60,727 nucleotides of DNA from a virus (taxonomy: Duplodnaviria > Caudoviricetes). The notes beneath the pieces were generated by a model. That model made no database searches. It had not been told where the DNA came from and worked only from the letters and a program-made list of their open reading frames with translations. A program made the translations under genes and the position numbers. Positions 27,285 through 39,200 of the stretch are shown here, in pieces (positions within the stretch are counted from its first letter, which is position 1; each line of letters begins with the position of its first letter). The stretch covers positions 1 through 60,727 of IMG/VR virus record IMGVR_UViG_3300032323_001975. One strand, given 5' to 3'.

Positions 27285-29555
27285 TTAAAATTTAATACAT
27301 GCTAATAATGCAACGTTTCTTGGACGAGTAGCACCATATGAAAATCCTTGAGTACCTAATTCAATTGGTGTGTTACTGCTGACCCAGGTCATCAGTACAT
27401 TAGGATATTGATTTCTAGCAACAAAATCATATCCAGCTTGGGCAACAAAAGTAGGATCAACTGTTCCGGTGGTACCACCAAGATAATTAGTCCTGCCAAT
27501 AATGTTAGGAGTATTAAAACTAGCATAGTTAGGATCAAAAACATTTAAACTACCTATCTGACCAGAGCCAAATTGTCGCCCAGAATCGACGCCTCTGCCG
27601 TCGTCCCAAGATCTTACAAATTCGCCTCGCAAATCGGGTAAATTAAAAGTGCTTGCTCCGTCGCCGGAACCAAACGTGGTACCAATGGCGTCAAATAAAT
27701 CGCTAAATGTTGTTCTACTAACTGCAGAGCCGTCTGCTTTTAAAAATCCTGTAGGAGGTGTATTCATACACACGTGAATGATAGACCCCGGCGGCATTCC
27801 TGCTCCGGCGGCTCCTGGTGACCCTGCAGGTCCAGTCTCGCCTCGAACCCCAGAAATAGTGCTAACATTACCAACTGTAGTTATTGAAATATTTGCACCG
27901 GCTTGTAAAGTACCACTGAATATAGCATCATCTGTAACTTTAATAATCCAGTTAGCAGCAAGATATGGTGGAAGATTTTTATCAGTGCCGGATTCGCCGG
28001 CGTTGTCGATGCTGATACCTGTAAAGTTTGAATTAATAGTAACATTTTCACCAACGCCACTGGGAGTATCTTGCCCGTAACCACGATTACCGCCGGTGAA
28101 ATCAAATTGACTTCGAGTGATCGTTGATAAAATATGGCCATGTCCTGGATCATTTACATCGTGTGTGTGGCTTATCACTAATGCATCTTTGGTCCCGCCA
28201 GTGGCACCTAAATTATAAAGGTTCCCAGCACCAACTGCAAATCGGTTAGTAAAGTTTGGTAAGTTGAATGTGTTAACTCCATCACCAGAGCCGTAAGTTG
28301 TACCTATGCGTGAAAATAATGTAGAATAAGAAGTCCTACTAATAGCTGCACCATTACAAAACATCCATGTGCTGTCGGGTATTGTAGAACCGGCCCATAA
28401 TTTTATCGTGCCAGCTAAATCTCCGCCCTGAACCCCTCTTGGACCAGTGGCGCCTGCAGGTCCAGTATCTCCCGGATCACCTTTAGGTCCTTGTAATACT
28501 TTTCCTTGAACAAATGCAGTAGTTGCCAGTTTTGTGCTGTTGTCACTGGCAGAAGGAGTCGGGGCAGTTGGTGTACCAGTAAAGGCCGGAGAATTTTTTA
28601 AGGCATAATTATTGGTCAAATTATTATTTGTTGCATCAATTTGTACTTGTAAATTATTTTTTAAACCAATGTTTGATGCATAGACAAAAGCTGTAGTAGC
28701 TAAAATAGTACTATTTTCTCCTGGTAATGCAGTAGGTGCTCTTGGTTCTCCGGTAAAGGTAGGACTTGCTATTGCAGCCTTGATCGCGTTTAAATTAGAA
28801 ATATCATCAGCCTGAACAACTGCATTACCATATAATGCATTTACTTGTGAATCAACATAATTTTTTAAGGCAGTGTTTGCTGTAATAATAGCTGAATTAG
28901 CAGCAGTAATATTAGATCTTAGGTTGCCAATTTCAACGTTTGCAGCGTTAGTATCTGCAATTCTAGCTGCTAGATTAGCGTGTATAATAACATTGGCTGC
29001 TGCCAAATTGTTGCTTGCATTACTAGCCACTGCGTTAGTTGTGCTATCAACGTAAAGTTTAGTTGTAACTCCTAAATTTGCTGTTGCATTTGCGGCCACT
29101 GTAACTAATCCTGTCGCACCATTTACAATTAAAGATGTGGTTTGTACTCCTGCAACATTAACAACAAAATTAATATTTGCATTACTTGTAAAGTTTGATA
29201 CGATAGCATTTCCTGACAAGTTTTGAATTCTAAATTTGTCATTACCTACCAGTAAATTCCCAGTTAAACTTATATTCCCTTGTATAACACTACCAACAGT
29301 TACCCAAACATTTGCGGTTGTATATACTTTTATATTGTTAGTATCAGTATCAAACCACAATTGTCCAGTAATTGGATTTGAAGGAGAAATGTTGTAGGAA
29401 AAATTTTCTAATAATCTTACTATATTTTCATTTTGCTTTTCGCCGTAAACACTTGAAAGTTTTCCAATTAAAGCTAAACTTGTGCTGGTAGTGTCAGTAG
29501 TTCCGTCCAATACTTGTATAGCTGTGCCGTCAGTTTTGTTTATATAATAAGACAT
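27285..29555 (-). CDS. Tail fibre with two tail-collar domains and collagen-like segments
   Basis: SP(T/A)FTG.P.APT..ATTAFV repeats; GPKGDPGDTGPAGATGPRG; two SRT..LF..IGT..G.GDG..TFNLP collar domains; C-terminal TRPRNVALLACIKF. Confidence 0.85.
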   Translation of the reverse strand: MSYYINKTDGTAIQVLDGTTDTTSTSLALIGKLSSVYGEKQNENIVRLLENFSYNISPSNPITGQLWFDTDTNNIKVYTTANVWVTVGSVIQGNISLTGNLLVGNDKFRIQNLSGNAIVSNFTSNANINFVVNVAGVQTTSLIVNGATGLVTVAANATANLGVTTKLYVDSTTNAVASNASNNLAAANVIIHANLAARIADTNAANVEIGNLRSNITAANSAIITANTALKNYVDSQVNALYGNAVVQADDISNLNAIKAAIASPTFTGEPRAPTALPGENSTILATTAFVYASNIGLKNNLQVQIDATNNNLTNNYALKNSPAFTGTPTAPTPSASDNSTKLATTAFVQGKVLQGPKGDPGDTGPAGATGPRGVQGGDLAGTIKLWAGSTIPDSTWMFCNGAAISRTSYSTLFSRIGTTYGSGDGVNTFNLPNFTNRFAVGAGNLYNLGATGGTKDALVISHTHDVNDPGHGHILSTITRSQFDFTGGNRGYGQDTPSGVGENVTINSNFTGISIDNAGESGTDKNLPPYLAANWIIKVTDDAIFSGTLQAGANISITTVGNVSTISGVRGETGPAGSPGAAGAGMPPGSIIHVCMNTPPTGFLKADGSAVSRTTFSDLFDAIGTTFGSGDGASTFNLPDLRGEFVRSWDDGRGVDSGRQFGSGQIGSLNVFDPNYASFNTPNIIGRTNYLGGTTGTVDPTFVAQAGYDFVARNQYPNVLMTWVSSNTPIELGTQGFSYGATRPRNVALLACIKF

Positions 29556-29560
29556 TTATT

Positions 29561-30262
29561 TTATCCTATACTACTTAAATTGGTTAGTGTTTGAATTCGT
29601 ACAGTATAGTCAATTTGAATTTGTCGATTTAAAGATTTTTGAACTGGATGAAATATTACATGGGTTAATAATTTACCAGTGGTTGTTAGGCCCGATGACC
29701 CATCTGTACTTCTTGCCTTTAAGCCTAGCTCATCAAACGTATAAGTTTCTTGCAGCGTGGTAGAATTATCAAAAGCACTTTGACCAGCCGGTTCTCCGTA
29801 ATCAAGTAAACAACTAATTACGAGATCAGAATATACTCTTCCAGGAGTGTGTCTGATTTCAATTTTATTTCTAGTAGCATCCACATTTAATGCACTTGTG
29901 TCGTCGACTATTTTTGCATAAGTCGGATTGTACAAGTTTGCATTACCAGTATTTGTGTTAGTTGGCAAATAATTAATTATTCCAGTTGGATCAATGCTGG
30001 TTCCGCCGTTGCCAAAATGCATTTCGTAAATAAAACTTTGTCCTTTATTAGCAAGACAATATGCAATTGCTTCGCTTATATTTTCGTAGTGTATAGCATT
30101 ACGTTTATCAATATAAACTTCTCCAGATTCTGGATCAAAAATTTTGATATGTCCTTGGACATGTACTCCGCTTTGCTCATCGGGCTGTTTTTCTTTTAAA
30201 GAATTGTCAGAAATAGGTTCCATATTTTTTTCCATATCTATATTTACCTGTAATTTTGTCAT
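29561..30262 (-). CDS. Baseplate/tail structural protein
   Basis: GHIKI.D..NAIH, FGNGG, FDELGL, THVIFHPVQKS, IDYTVRI pattern of fibre-attachment/baseplate proteins; start may instead be ATG 30235. Confidence 0.6.
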   Translation of the reverse strand: MTKLQVNIDMEKNMEPISDNSLKEKQPDEQSGVHVQGHIKIFDPESGEVYIDKRNAIHYENISEAIAYCLANKGQSFIYEMHFGNGGTSIDPTGIINYLPTNTNTGNANLYNPTYAKIVDDTSALNVDATRNKIEIRHTPGRVYSDLVISCLLDYGEPAGQSAFDNSTTLQETYTFDELGLKARSTDGSSGLTTTGKLLTHVIFHPVQKSLNRQIQIDYTVRIQTLTNLSSIG

Positions 30263-33200
30263 GGTGTATAACTAGGCTTAGCCCTAATAAATTGTGCTGC
30301 TGTAGTTGTACTTCCTTCAAGTCCAAGACTTGTGCCATAATTAACCCATAAATTACTATTAAACAATGTTACATTGCTTAGTACAACATTTGCATTAGGT
30401 AGTGTTTTCCCTAATGGACTTATAGTCAAAACGTTTGCTGAAGTAGTTGAATAACCAAGATTGGTAACAAGATTTACTCTTGTACCTATGTTTGATGCAA
30501 GTTTTAGATTGCCGGTTACTAGCTCTACAGCAACAATATTGCCCGAAGTTACGTTGCCCAATACCCTTGCATTTCCTGTATTACCAATAAATTGTGTAAT
30601 ATAATCACCGATATTTGCAGTTATATTATTGCTCAGGCTTAGTCTCCAAGTTACGTTGGCAGCGACATTTTTATCAAACAGTACATAATCAGAATAATAA
30701 ACCGAACTTCCTGGTATAGATTGTTGTACGCTGAGATCTACTATCTTTGACCCACTTGCATGAACAACTGGTGTACCAGTTCCATCCGCACCACGTCGTA
30801 ATTGAGTGATAGTATTTGGATAAATTTGTCTAATGTTTGCAGTATTAACATACACATTAGAATTAGCAAAGATATTTCCGGTAACAAGGTATGTATTACC
30901 GTTTAAATTGGCTATAGTACCCGAAGCATACACAGTATTTGCTGCCCATGGTGTAGCAGTTAATATATCATTGAGAGTATATCGTTGATAGTAGTGTATT
31001 ACTTCTCCATTAATACTTACAATACCAGGTGTAGCAGTTATAGGATTACCGGCTGGCAATTTTGAAGCGTCCGACACAAAAATATTATTATCGTTTATAG
31101 CTAAGTTAGAAGTTAACACAGTCGTGTTATCATTTGCAATACGTTTAAATATTACATTAGAACTCATTGGCTGGAAAATTCTAAATCCAAATGTAGATGT
31201 ATTAGTAGAATTGTTAGTGAAAACTCGTAAATCTAAACAATCATACATTCTTCCCGGCACAAGTTCCTCGGGAGCATGGCTATTATACGTGTCTACATAA
31301 GCCCCACCTTCTAAATTAATATCTTCGGGTCTAGTTCCTAATCTTCCGTCTAAATATGTACTTGTAATGATAGTATCAATTACATTTGAATTCAGATATA
31401 GACTTGCTAATTTTACGTTAGCAGTTCCGCCTTCGCTAAAATCTGATAATTGACTAATACTAGTTACAGCATTAATCTGAACGTTAACGGATGTTATAAA
31501 GTTTGGATTGGTCTTGATAACATCGATTGATATGCTATTTGTTGCAGATTTTAGAACTCTTGCATTACCAAAACTGTTCGCCTGAGTTATGTAATCACCT
31601 ATTTGTACAGTAACAGGTTTTGTTAAAATCATTCTCCAAGTTGTTGCAATTGGACTGCCAGTGAGCATCATTGCTGTATTAGACACAGAAACAATAGTAA
31701 ATGTGCCATTGTTTTCAAAATCAAATGGTACAAGTGCTTCTATTCTTATTGGTTGATTAATATTAAATCCTAGTTCCACAAAATTAACTTTAGTTACATC
31801 TGCACTTGTAATTGTTAATCCTGTATAATTAAATCCTACGACATTACTAATAATTTCCAATGAATTTGCTCTAAACTGCGGTCCTTGAATTTTAGTTCCA
31901 GGATATCCTATTCCTGACATTAGTTGTGATGGTACATTTGAGATCATACCAACTTCGGGTTGATAATATGCTAAAATTCTATCATAGGCATTCAACAAAA
32001 CATTTCCGCTGTCAAGTTTTGTATGGCGTGTATAGTCAAAAATAGTTTGTGCTACAGGGCTAGCGTTTGTTACTAAAAATGCTTCGTTGTTATAGACAAC
32101 AATACTGTTGCCCGACACATATATGTTTCCTGAACTATTGATAATGTTTCCGCTAGTAATTACAGTATTACCGTACAAATTACCAGGTTGCCATAATACC
32201 AGATTACTACTATAGACATATCTGTCAAATTTTAAAGATGAAGTAAAACTTCTAGAGGTGTTATAACTATTGGCAGAGTCCGAGGAATAGTATTCGTTAT
32301 GTAATACTGGATAGATTTTGCCACCATTTCCTACACCGTTTATTGTTATAGTCGGCGTAGAAGTATATCCGTATCCTGGGTTGGCAATATCAACATCTAT
32401 AATCTTTCCTGTTGATGGGTTGATAATGGCTTTTAAATTAGCTCCTGTTCCGCCGCCTCCAGAAATAGTGAGAGACGGCGTAACCGTAAAGTTTGCCCCA
32501 GAATCGCTTATAATCACTCCAGTAATTTTATATTTGTAATTGTCTGCCCAATCTTTATATGGTTCAACGGTAAAATCATTGGCATCGTTAGCATTTGTTA
32601 ACGAAGGGGATCTGAAACTTTCTGTATCTATATGCCATGAACTTGGCAAATCAAAATCAGTGACTGAATTATAAGAGTCATCTTGGTTTGTATATGTTGG
32701 TATATACTCTTTAATTTTTGTTCTGTAAGGCTTAACTTCATTAATGTAATCTTGATAAAAAGTTTGATTATCTCTTGAATAATTTGGACTCTGCTCAAGC
32801 GTTCTCAATTCATGTATTACATCAATGAAACTTGTTTTAAATATCCAATCTGTACTAGGTTGTTCTGTAAAAATATAATTTACGATATCAAAAAATAATT
32901 TATTAAATTCAACGGCTAGATCTTTTATAAAAATTTGCTGATAAATTGAATTAAAAATAGAATTTAATTCTACATTTTTCTGAGGATCAAAATCAACAAG
33001 ATCAAAAAGAACGCTGTCAAAACCACTACCTAATGTTACGTCGCTCAGTGTTTCACTTAACTGCAGGGTAGAATTTTGTGCTGCAATCAATGTTAATGTT
33101 GCATCATTTTCAACTCTATATATTAACCATTCGCTGTTGCCATTGTCTTTTACTTTAATATAATCTCCTGCATTGGCTGAAGTTATTTTTTGTATATCTG

Positions 33201-36200
33201 CATAGATATCCACAGCAAAATTAATATCTTTGCCTTCAATATAATCACTGCTGTACCAATCAGTTTTTGTCCACGATAAAGGTGTTAAATAGCCTTGGAT
33301 TTTTTCTAATATAAATTCTTGCCCGGCTGCGTTGTATGTGTAAATTGCCCATCTGTTATCATAATTAGAGTTCTCTCTAATTAAGACTTTATATCCATTA
33401 GATAATATGCTTGTATCTATATAATCTAGCTCACTTGCTAATGTTATTTCCAAATCATATCCGGTTGTCGGAACAGGATCAGAAGAATACAGTAAACTTG
33501 TATCAGACGTTAATAAAATTGGATATTGAATAAAAACTGAATTAACACTATTAACAAAGATAGTTAACGCAGGTAGTCTGTTAACAAATAAACTTTGTCT
33601 TGGTTTATTAGATATACCAAGTTGATTTTGAGGTTTTAAACTAGGATCTGGTACAATTCTTCCTAGGCTATCAACTCCTATTAGACTATCTCTTAATTTT
33701 TCAATAATTTGTTTAGGTAGAATTTGTCTAGGATTATTTTCCTGTATTAATTCATATTCGGCGTGCAAAAGATTTTGATTTCTTTCGTTGGCTAAATCTA
33801 AATGTAATACTATTTTATCACCTACTAAACTTGAAACAGTATTATAAATTCCTACCGAATCTGGTCTTAATAGTGCTACGTATGGCACATTAGTATCGCG
33901 AGGATTAGTAATGTATTGTTCCATTATTGTAGTAGTCATTGTTCTATTTGCACGAACACTATCGACAGAGGTTCTATTAGATACCCAATAATAATAATTT
34001 TGGGAAATAATACCAGTGGAACTATCCACTTGTGTTACTACAGTGTATGCTGAGTCATCTTGATACTTAGGAACACCATCCCCTCCATTGGCAACATATT
34101 GACTAGGTAAAAATGAACTTTTAACCCACTCATAAATTTTTACTTGGCTTCCTGGGAATAGTGCACCCCAATTGTTTAATCTATATTGTAAGTCGCTTTG
34201 TTCGTAGTCAATAAATGCACATTGACTTAGATCCCACCAGGTTTTTCCTAAGTGACGATCATTCCAATAAAACGAAGTGCTTAGAGTAGCATTATTATTT
34301 GTTGTAAAATTATAGGCGGCTGGGTCAAAGTTTTCTCTATAATCAATTTCTTGATCGACAGTACCTAAAATTTTTCCTTTTATAGGATCTAAATAATCAA
34401 AAAAGTTAACTAATAGATTATTTTCTTTATTATAAGTAAATACAGAATTAACAGCAGCAATGTCAATTCTAGGTTCTTTGTAACGAATTAATTCCCATCC
34501 ATTAATTTCTTTATCGTTTAAGTAGGTATAGAGGCTTCCGCCTCTAGTAATTTTATCACTGTCATAACTCACACCAACAATTAAATTCTTTCCTATTAAT
34601 GCAATACTAGAACCAAATTTATCTCCAGTATTGATGTTAGTACCTTTAAGCTGTTGAGAAAAAGCATACAATGACGGAGAATCAATTGACTCGTACGGAT
34701 TAGGCATTAGACTGTAAATATAAACAGCTCCACTGTCTTTTACAATGTCAACTATGCGAGTACTGCCACTATCAATTCTGAACTGACCACTGTCAAATAA
34801 CATTTCTATGTTTAAATCGCCGCCATCACTGGATATAGCTAATATATTATTTGATTGGTAAACTGTTAAATTTACAGCAAATCTTTCATCGTTGCCGTCT
34901 GGTGAAATTATCTCCTGACCAAAATAATAGTTTTGTATTCCCAGGTCGGACATCGCAGTTCCGGTTCCGTTGTACACATATAACTTTTCGGCTGCTATTT
35001 GACTATCGCTTGTTATTCTAATTTTATTAAAATATATACTTGCTTTGACTCCTGGAATTGCGGCTCCGTTAATGCTAGAAATTACCGAAGATAAAGTAGT
35101 ATTGGTAAATGTTACTGTGTAGTTATTAATGATTAATTGATGACCAATGGTGACTGTTGGATTAGTGACTGAACCTATTATTTCTCCATAAACTCTTCCA
35201 TTGTTGATGTATCTTATTACTCCACCTTGTCCAAAACTTGAAGGTGTTGTATATCCAGGTACCGTAATATATAAATTACAGCCAGAACCACACATCTTTA
35301 TTTTTGTGCCAAATCTATTTTCTTTTTTAGCAGTTCCCGTGATAACTTGATCTAATTTAAATTGATTACTTTCAATCCTAATAATACTTCCGGCAGCCGG
35401 TGTAAAGAAAGGAGGAAATTGTACTGTGCCACTACTTACGAAATAATCAGTCCCGTTTGTAAGAAGAATATTATTCTTGTAAACGTAAGAAATTGTATTA
35501 AGTGCATCGTTTGGAATAAATGTTCCGGTTATACCATTTGCTTCAATTACAGTTATGGTTCTATGGTACACATATACCGCACCCGATTGTGTTTGACCAT
35601 CTACAGTTTGAGTATTTGCACCAACAGCAATAACATCTCCATTTGTATTTGTGGAAACGCTTACGCCAAACCCATCTACTTCTAGTGCCCCAGTAGATAA
35701 TATAGATAAAAGACTATAGTTATCTGAAGTTTTAATTATTGAAAATACTATACCGGTTAATGGCACAACAGTAAAAACTATATTACTACCTGATATTGTA
35801 TAATCTACGTAAGGCAAATATTCTAAACCTGTAATTTTTTCTTTAACAGTAATTTGTGTGGGATCAGTAACTCCGCTGATAGATAGAGCAAAGCTATTAG
35901 TAATTCCATTTCCACTAATTTCTGGTGCTTGAACCTGAAAACTTACTGCTGGATTAAGTGCGTAACAAAATACTTTGCCGGACCCAGGACTGCCGATGTA
36001 GAGTAATTTTCCTTCATTACCCATTGCAAGGCTATAGCCAAAGTTATCATTGGCCAGCCCCGTTGGATTTACAATAATTTCTTGTAATTCTTCATTCTTA
36101 TAAACATAAACGCAGCCACGGTTATTTAATGTCCCGGGTGCACCTATTGCAGTATATCTAGAGGTTGAACTTGCACTAGTGGCTATTGAAAATCCAAATA

Positions 36201-39200
36201 AAGACACAGAATTACTAATACTTTGAATTGTTCCTTTAGAAGTCCATGAATTATTAGTGTTTTGACTATAAAAGGCAACTCTGCCTGATCCACTATATGG
36301 TGCCGAGGAGTAAAGTAATCCCGGGCCAGATAAAACCACATCATATCCAAATTGATCGTTGCCTACATATTGAGTGCCATCAAGTTCTAGCTTAGAATTA
36401 AACTTCCAAGGATCACTTTTGTTGTATACTCCCCAATTGCCATCAGTATCTAAATTTTCAACCCAAATTTTATCATTTCTAATCCATCCCTGTCTTGGTT
36501 TGTAATCTTCAATCAAATGTGGATAGGCAATTTTTAAGCTATTTAATTTAAGTAATAAACCACTACCAACTACATTAATTTCTTTTATAAGATCGGCTAA
36601 ATTTTGATATATTTGAACCGTAAAGGTTGTTAACGATGCAACTGTATTAACTTTGTAAACACCATCAAATCTTACATCAAAATTTTTGATTACTATTATG
36701 TCGTTCACAGACAATCCATGTACGGTATTCATTGATACTGTAGCTATATCATCAAAACTATATTGTAGCCCAAATAAAATTCCAGTTACAGTAGTAGTTC
36801 TGTATACATTCCATGCACCATCAAGATCTTTAGCTGTCCAAATTTTATAACCTGTACCAATGTCGTTAACTATAGTTGTAAGTGTTGAATAATCATTTAA
36901 ATCAAATATTGTAGCATCAATATCATTTAAGTTTACAAATCCTGCAGCGGGTAATTCCTTAAGTTGTTTAGAATAACTATTATTTTCTATTCTGAATATA
37001 TTTGTCGAAGAAAAATTTTGTGATTTATAAATGTCATTTTGAGTGTAGCCAACAAAACCTTCCACTAGATCTTCTGTGTTATCAATTAATTGTATTCCAG
37101 CTGGATTACTAACTATTGATCCTTCATCTAAGATAACTTCTACATAACTATTATTGTCTATTGACCCGTATTCTCCTACCCTTACTGCCCAATTCTCATA
37201 AAAATCAATTGAAGTGTTTAAATTTTTAAATTTTGCTCCTTTAAGAGCATCAATTGAATTTTTTGTGCCTTTTTGCTTAATTAATCCTTGATAGAATTTA
37301 CTTTGAGTTGTAATGTCTATACCTATGTTATTAAAATAAGACCTTGATCTAAATCCAATAATTCCATCGCTAAACGACTGAATCTTTTCGTCGTTGGGTT
37401 GATTATCTATGTTATAGAAATCTAATAGATTGGCAGAATTTGTTGCAAAGTTATTTAAAACTCCAAATTTCAGTTCATCTGTGGCTAATTGTTTCCAAAC
37501 CCCCGGTTGAAGTTTGTCACTTGCTGTTACATTATCGAGTGCTACATAAGTTAAGTTTTTGTTTTTAACTATAGTTCCTTTTAGATAATCTTTGCCACTA
37601 ATCCACTCTTCTATATTTTCAGAGCTATAGATAAAACCTGGGAGTTCAAACGTTCCAGACCAATTGTCTGTTTTACTACCCACTAATTTTAATCTATATT
37701 GTCTGTTACCTAACTCCGGAACATAAATGATATCTTTAAAAACAGTTACATTGTCTAATATTAATAAATGTTCATATTGAACTAAATTTAATTTTGCTAA
37801 CCCGATGATTTGATTTTTACTGATAGAACAGGTAAAGATGTTATTTTCTCTGTTTACGACGAAGTTGTTATTTTTAATTGGATTAAAATTTATATCTAGT
37901 AGTTGACTTCCATAAACATTATTTGTAATTGAATCAACCACTGCAAGATTATCATAAACTTTTAAATTATCAGCAGTTGGACTTAAAACTAATGCACTTC
38001 CAGATTTCCATCCTTGCTGTGCCCAATTTAAAAATTCTTTAGCACTTAATATCCAATCTTGTTCATTTTTAAGATTATCGTTGAAGTTATCAAATACAAA
38101 ACCTTTACTTTGTAAATATCTTTGATAGCCAACTAAAAAGTCTACTACCTGTTGTCTTGTAGTAAATTCAAACCCATACGGAACAGTCAATTTTGATTGT
38201 TTAAAATCTCTATAGATTATTCCTCGTTCATTATTAACAGAAATCACATAACTATTATTATTTGGCAAACTTGGAATGATAAAGAAATATGGATTATCTA
38301 AATCGTATCCGCTTACAATATATCCTGTAGAACCACGCTCGATGATTACAGCACTGTAAACAATTTTTTCAATTGGTGACCCTTTGAAAACTTCTATACT
38401 ATAGTTTTCATCAGGAATCAGAACTGTATCATTAATACTACTAGGACTGCTTTGTTCAGCAAGAATGTTTATAAACTTTTTATCAGTATAACCTGACATT
38501 TTATAACTTAATTGTAGATTCAAGTTGCGTAACGTTTTATAAACAAGTGTACTTGCATCATTTATACCAAGATTTTTAATGTAGTCTCTAACCCAATTTA
38601 CATAACTTGAAGCACGTTGTGTTGTTCCATTGTCATTATAGCCATTGATTGTAATCTGAGACGGTGTTAAATGCTGCCCACTTTCTTTGTAGGTAAATTG
38701 TGCAGTTGTTAAATTTCGTTTGTAATTCTCTATGTCGATCAATAAACCAAAATATTTTGCTGGTTTCATTAGTGCCATCGACAAGTTTACTGAAAAAGGA
38801 TAATCACTGCTACGTCGCCAAGCTAATTCAGCAGGTCCAATATCACCAACTGCAAAACTAATATTTGCTTTGGCGCTATCAAAATCAGCGACCAATATTT
38901 TTTCTGGACTTATTAAATTACCACTGTCATCAACAGGTATGATGTCTAACAACCCACGCTGTACAACTGCTCCGGTGTCGTCGATGATTCTTGGTCTTTG
39001 ATAACGTAAATCATAGCCTTGTCGTAATCCTGCATGTATATAACCTAAACTTAAATCTGTCCATAAAAGTAAGTTTGCTCCGGTGTATGGTGCAGGACCA
39101 TATCTATCATCCCAATAACTAGGTTTGTCACTGAAACCTAACATTTCCCATGGGTGGGTATGTGGTCTATCAGTGTCATAAAAATATCTGTAAATGCTAC

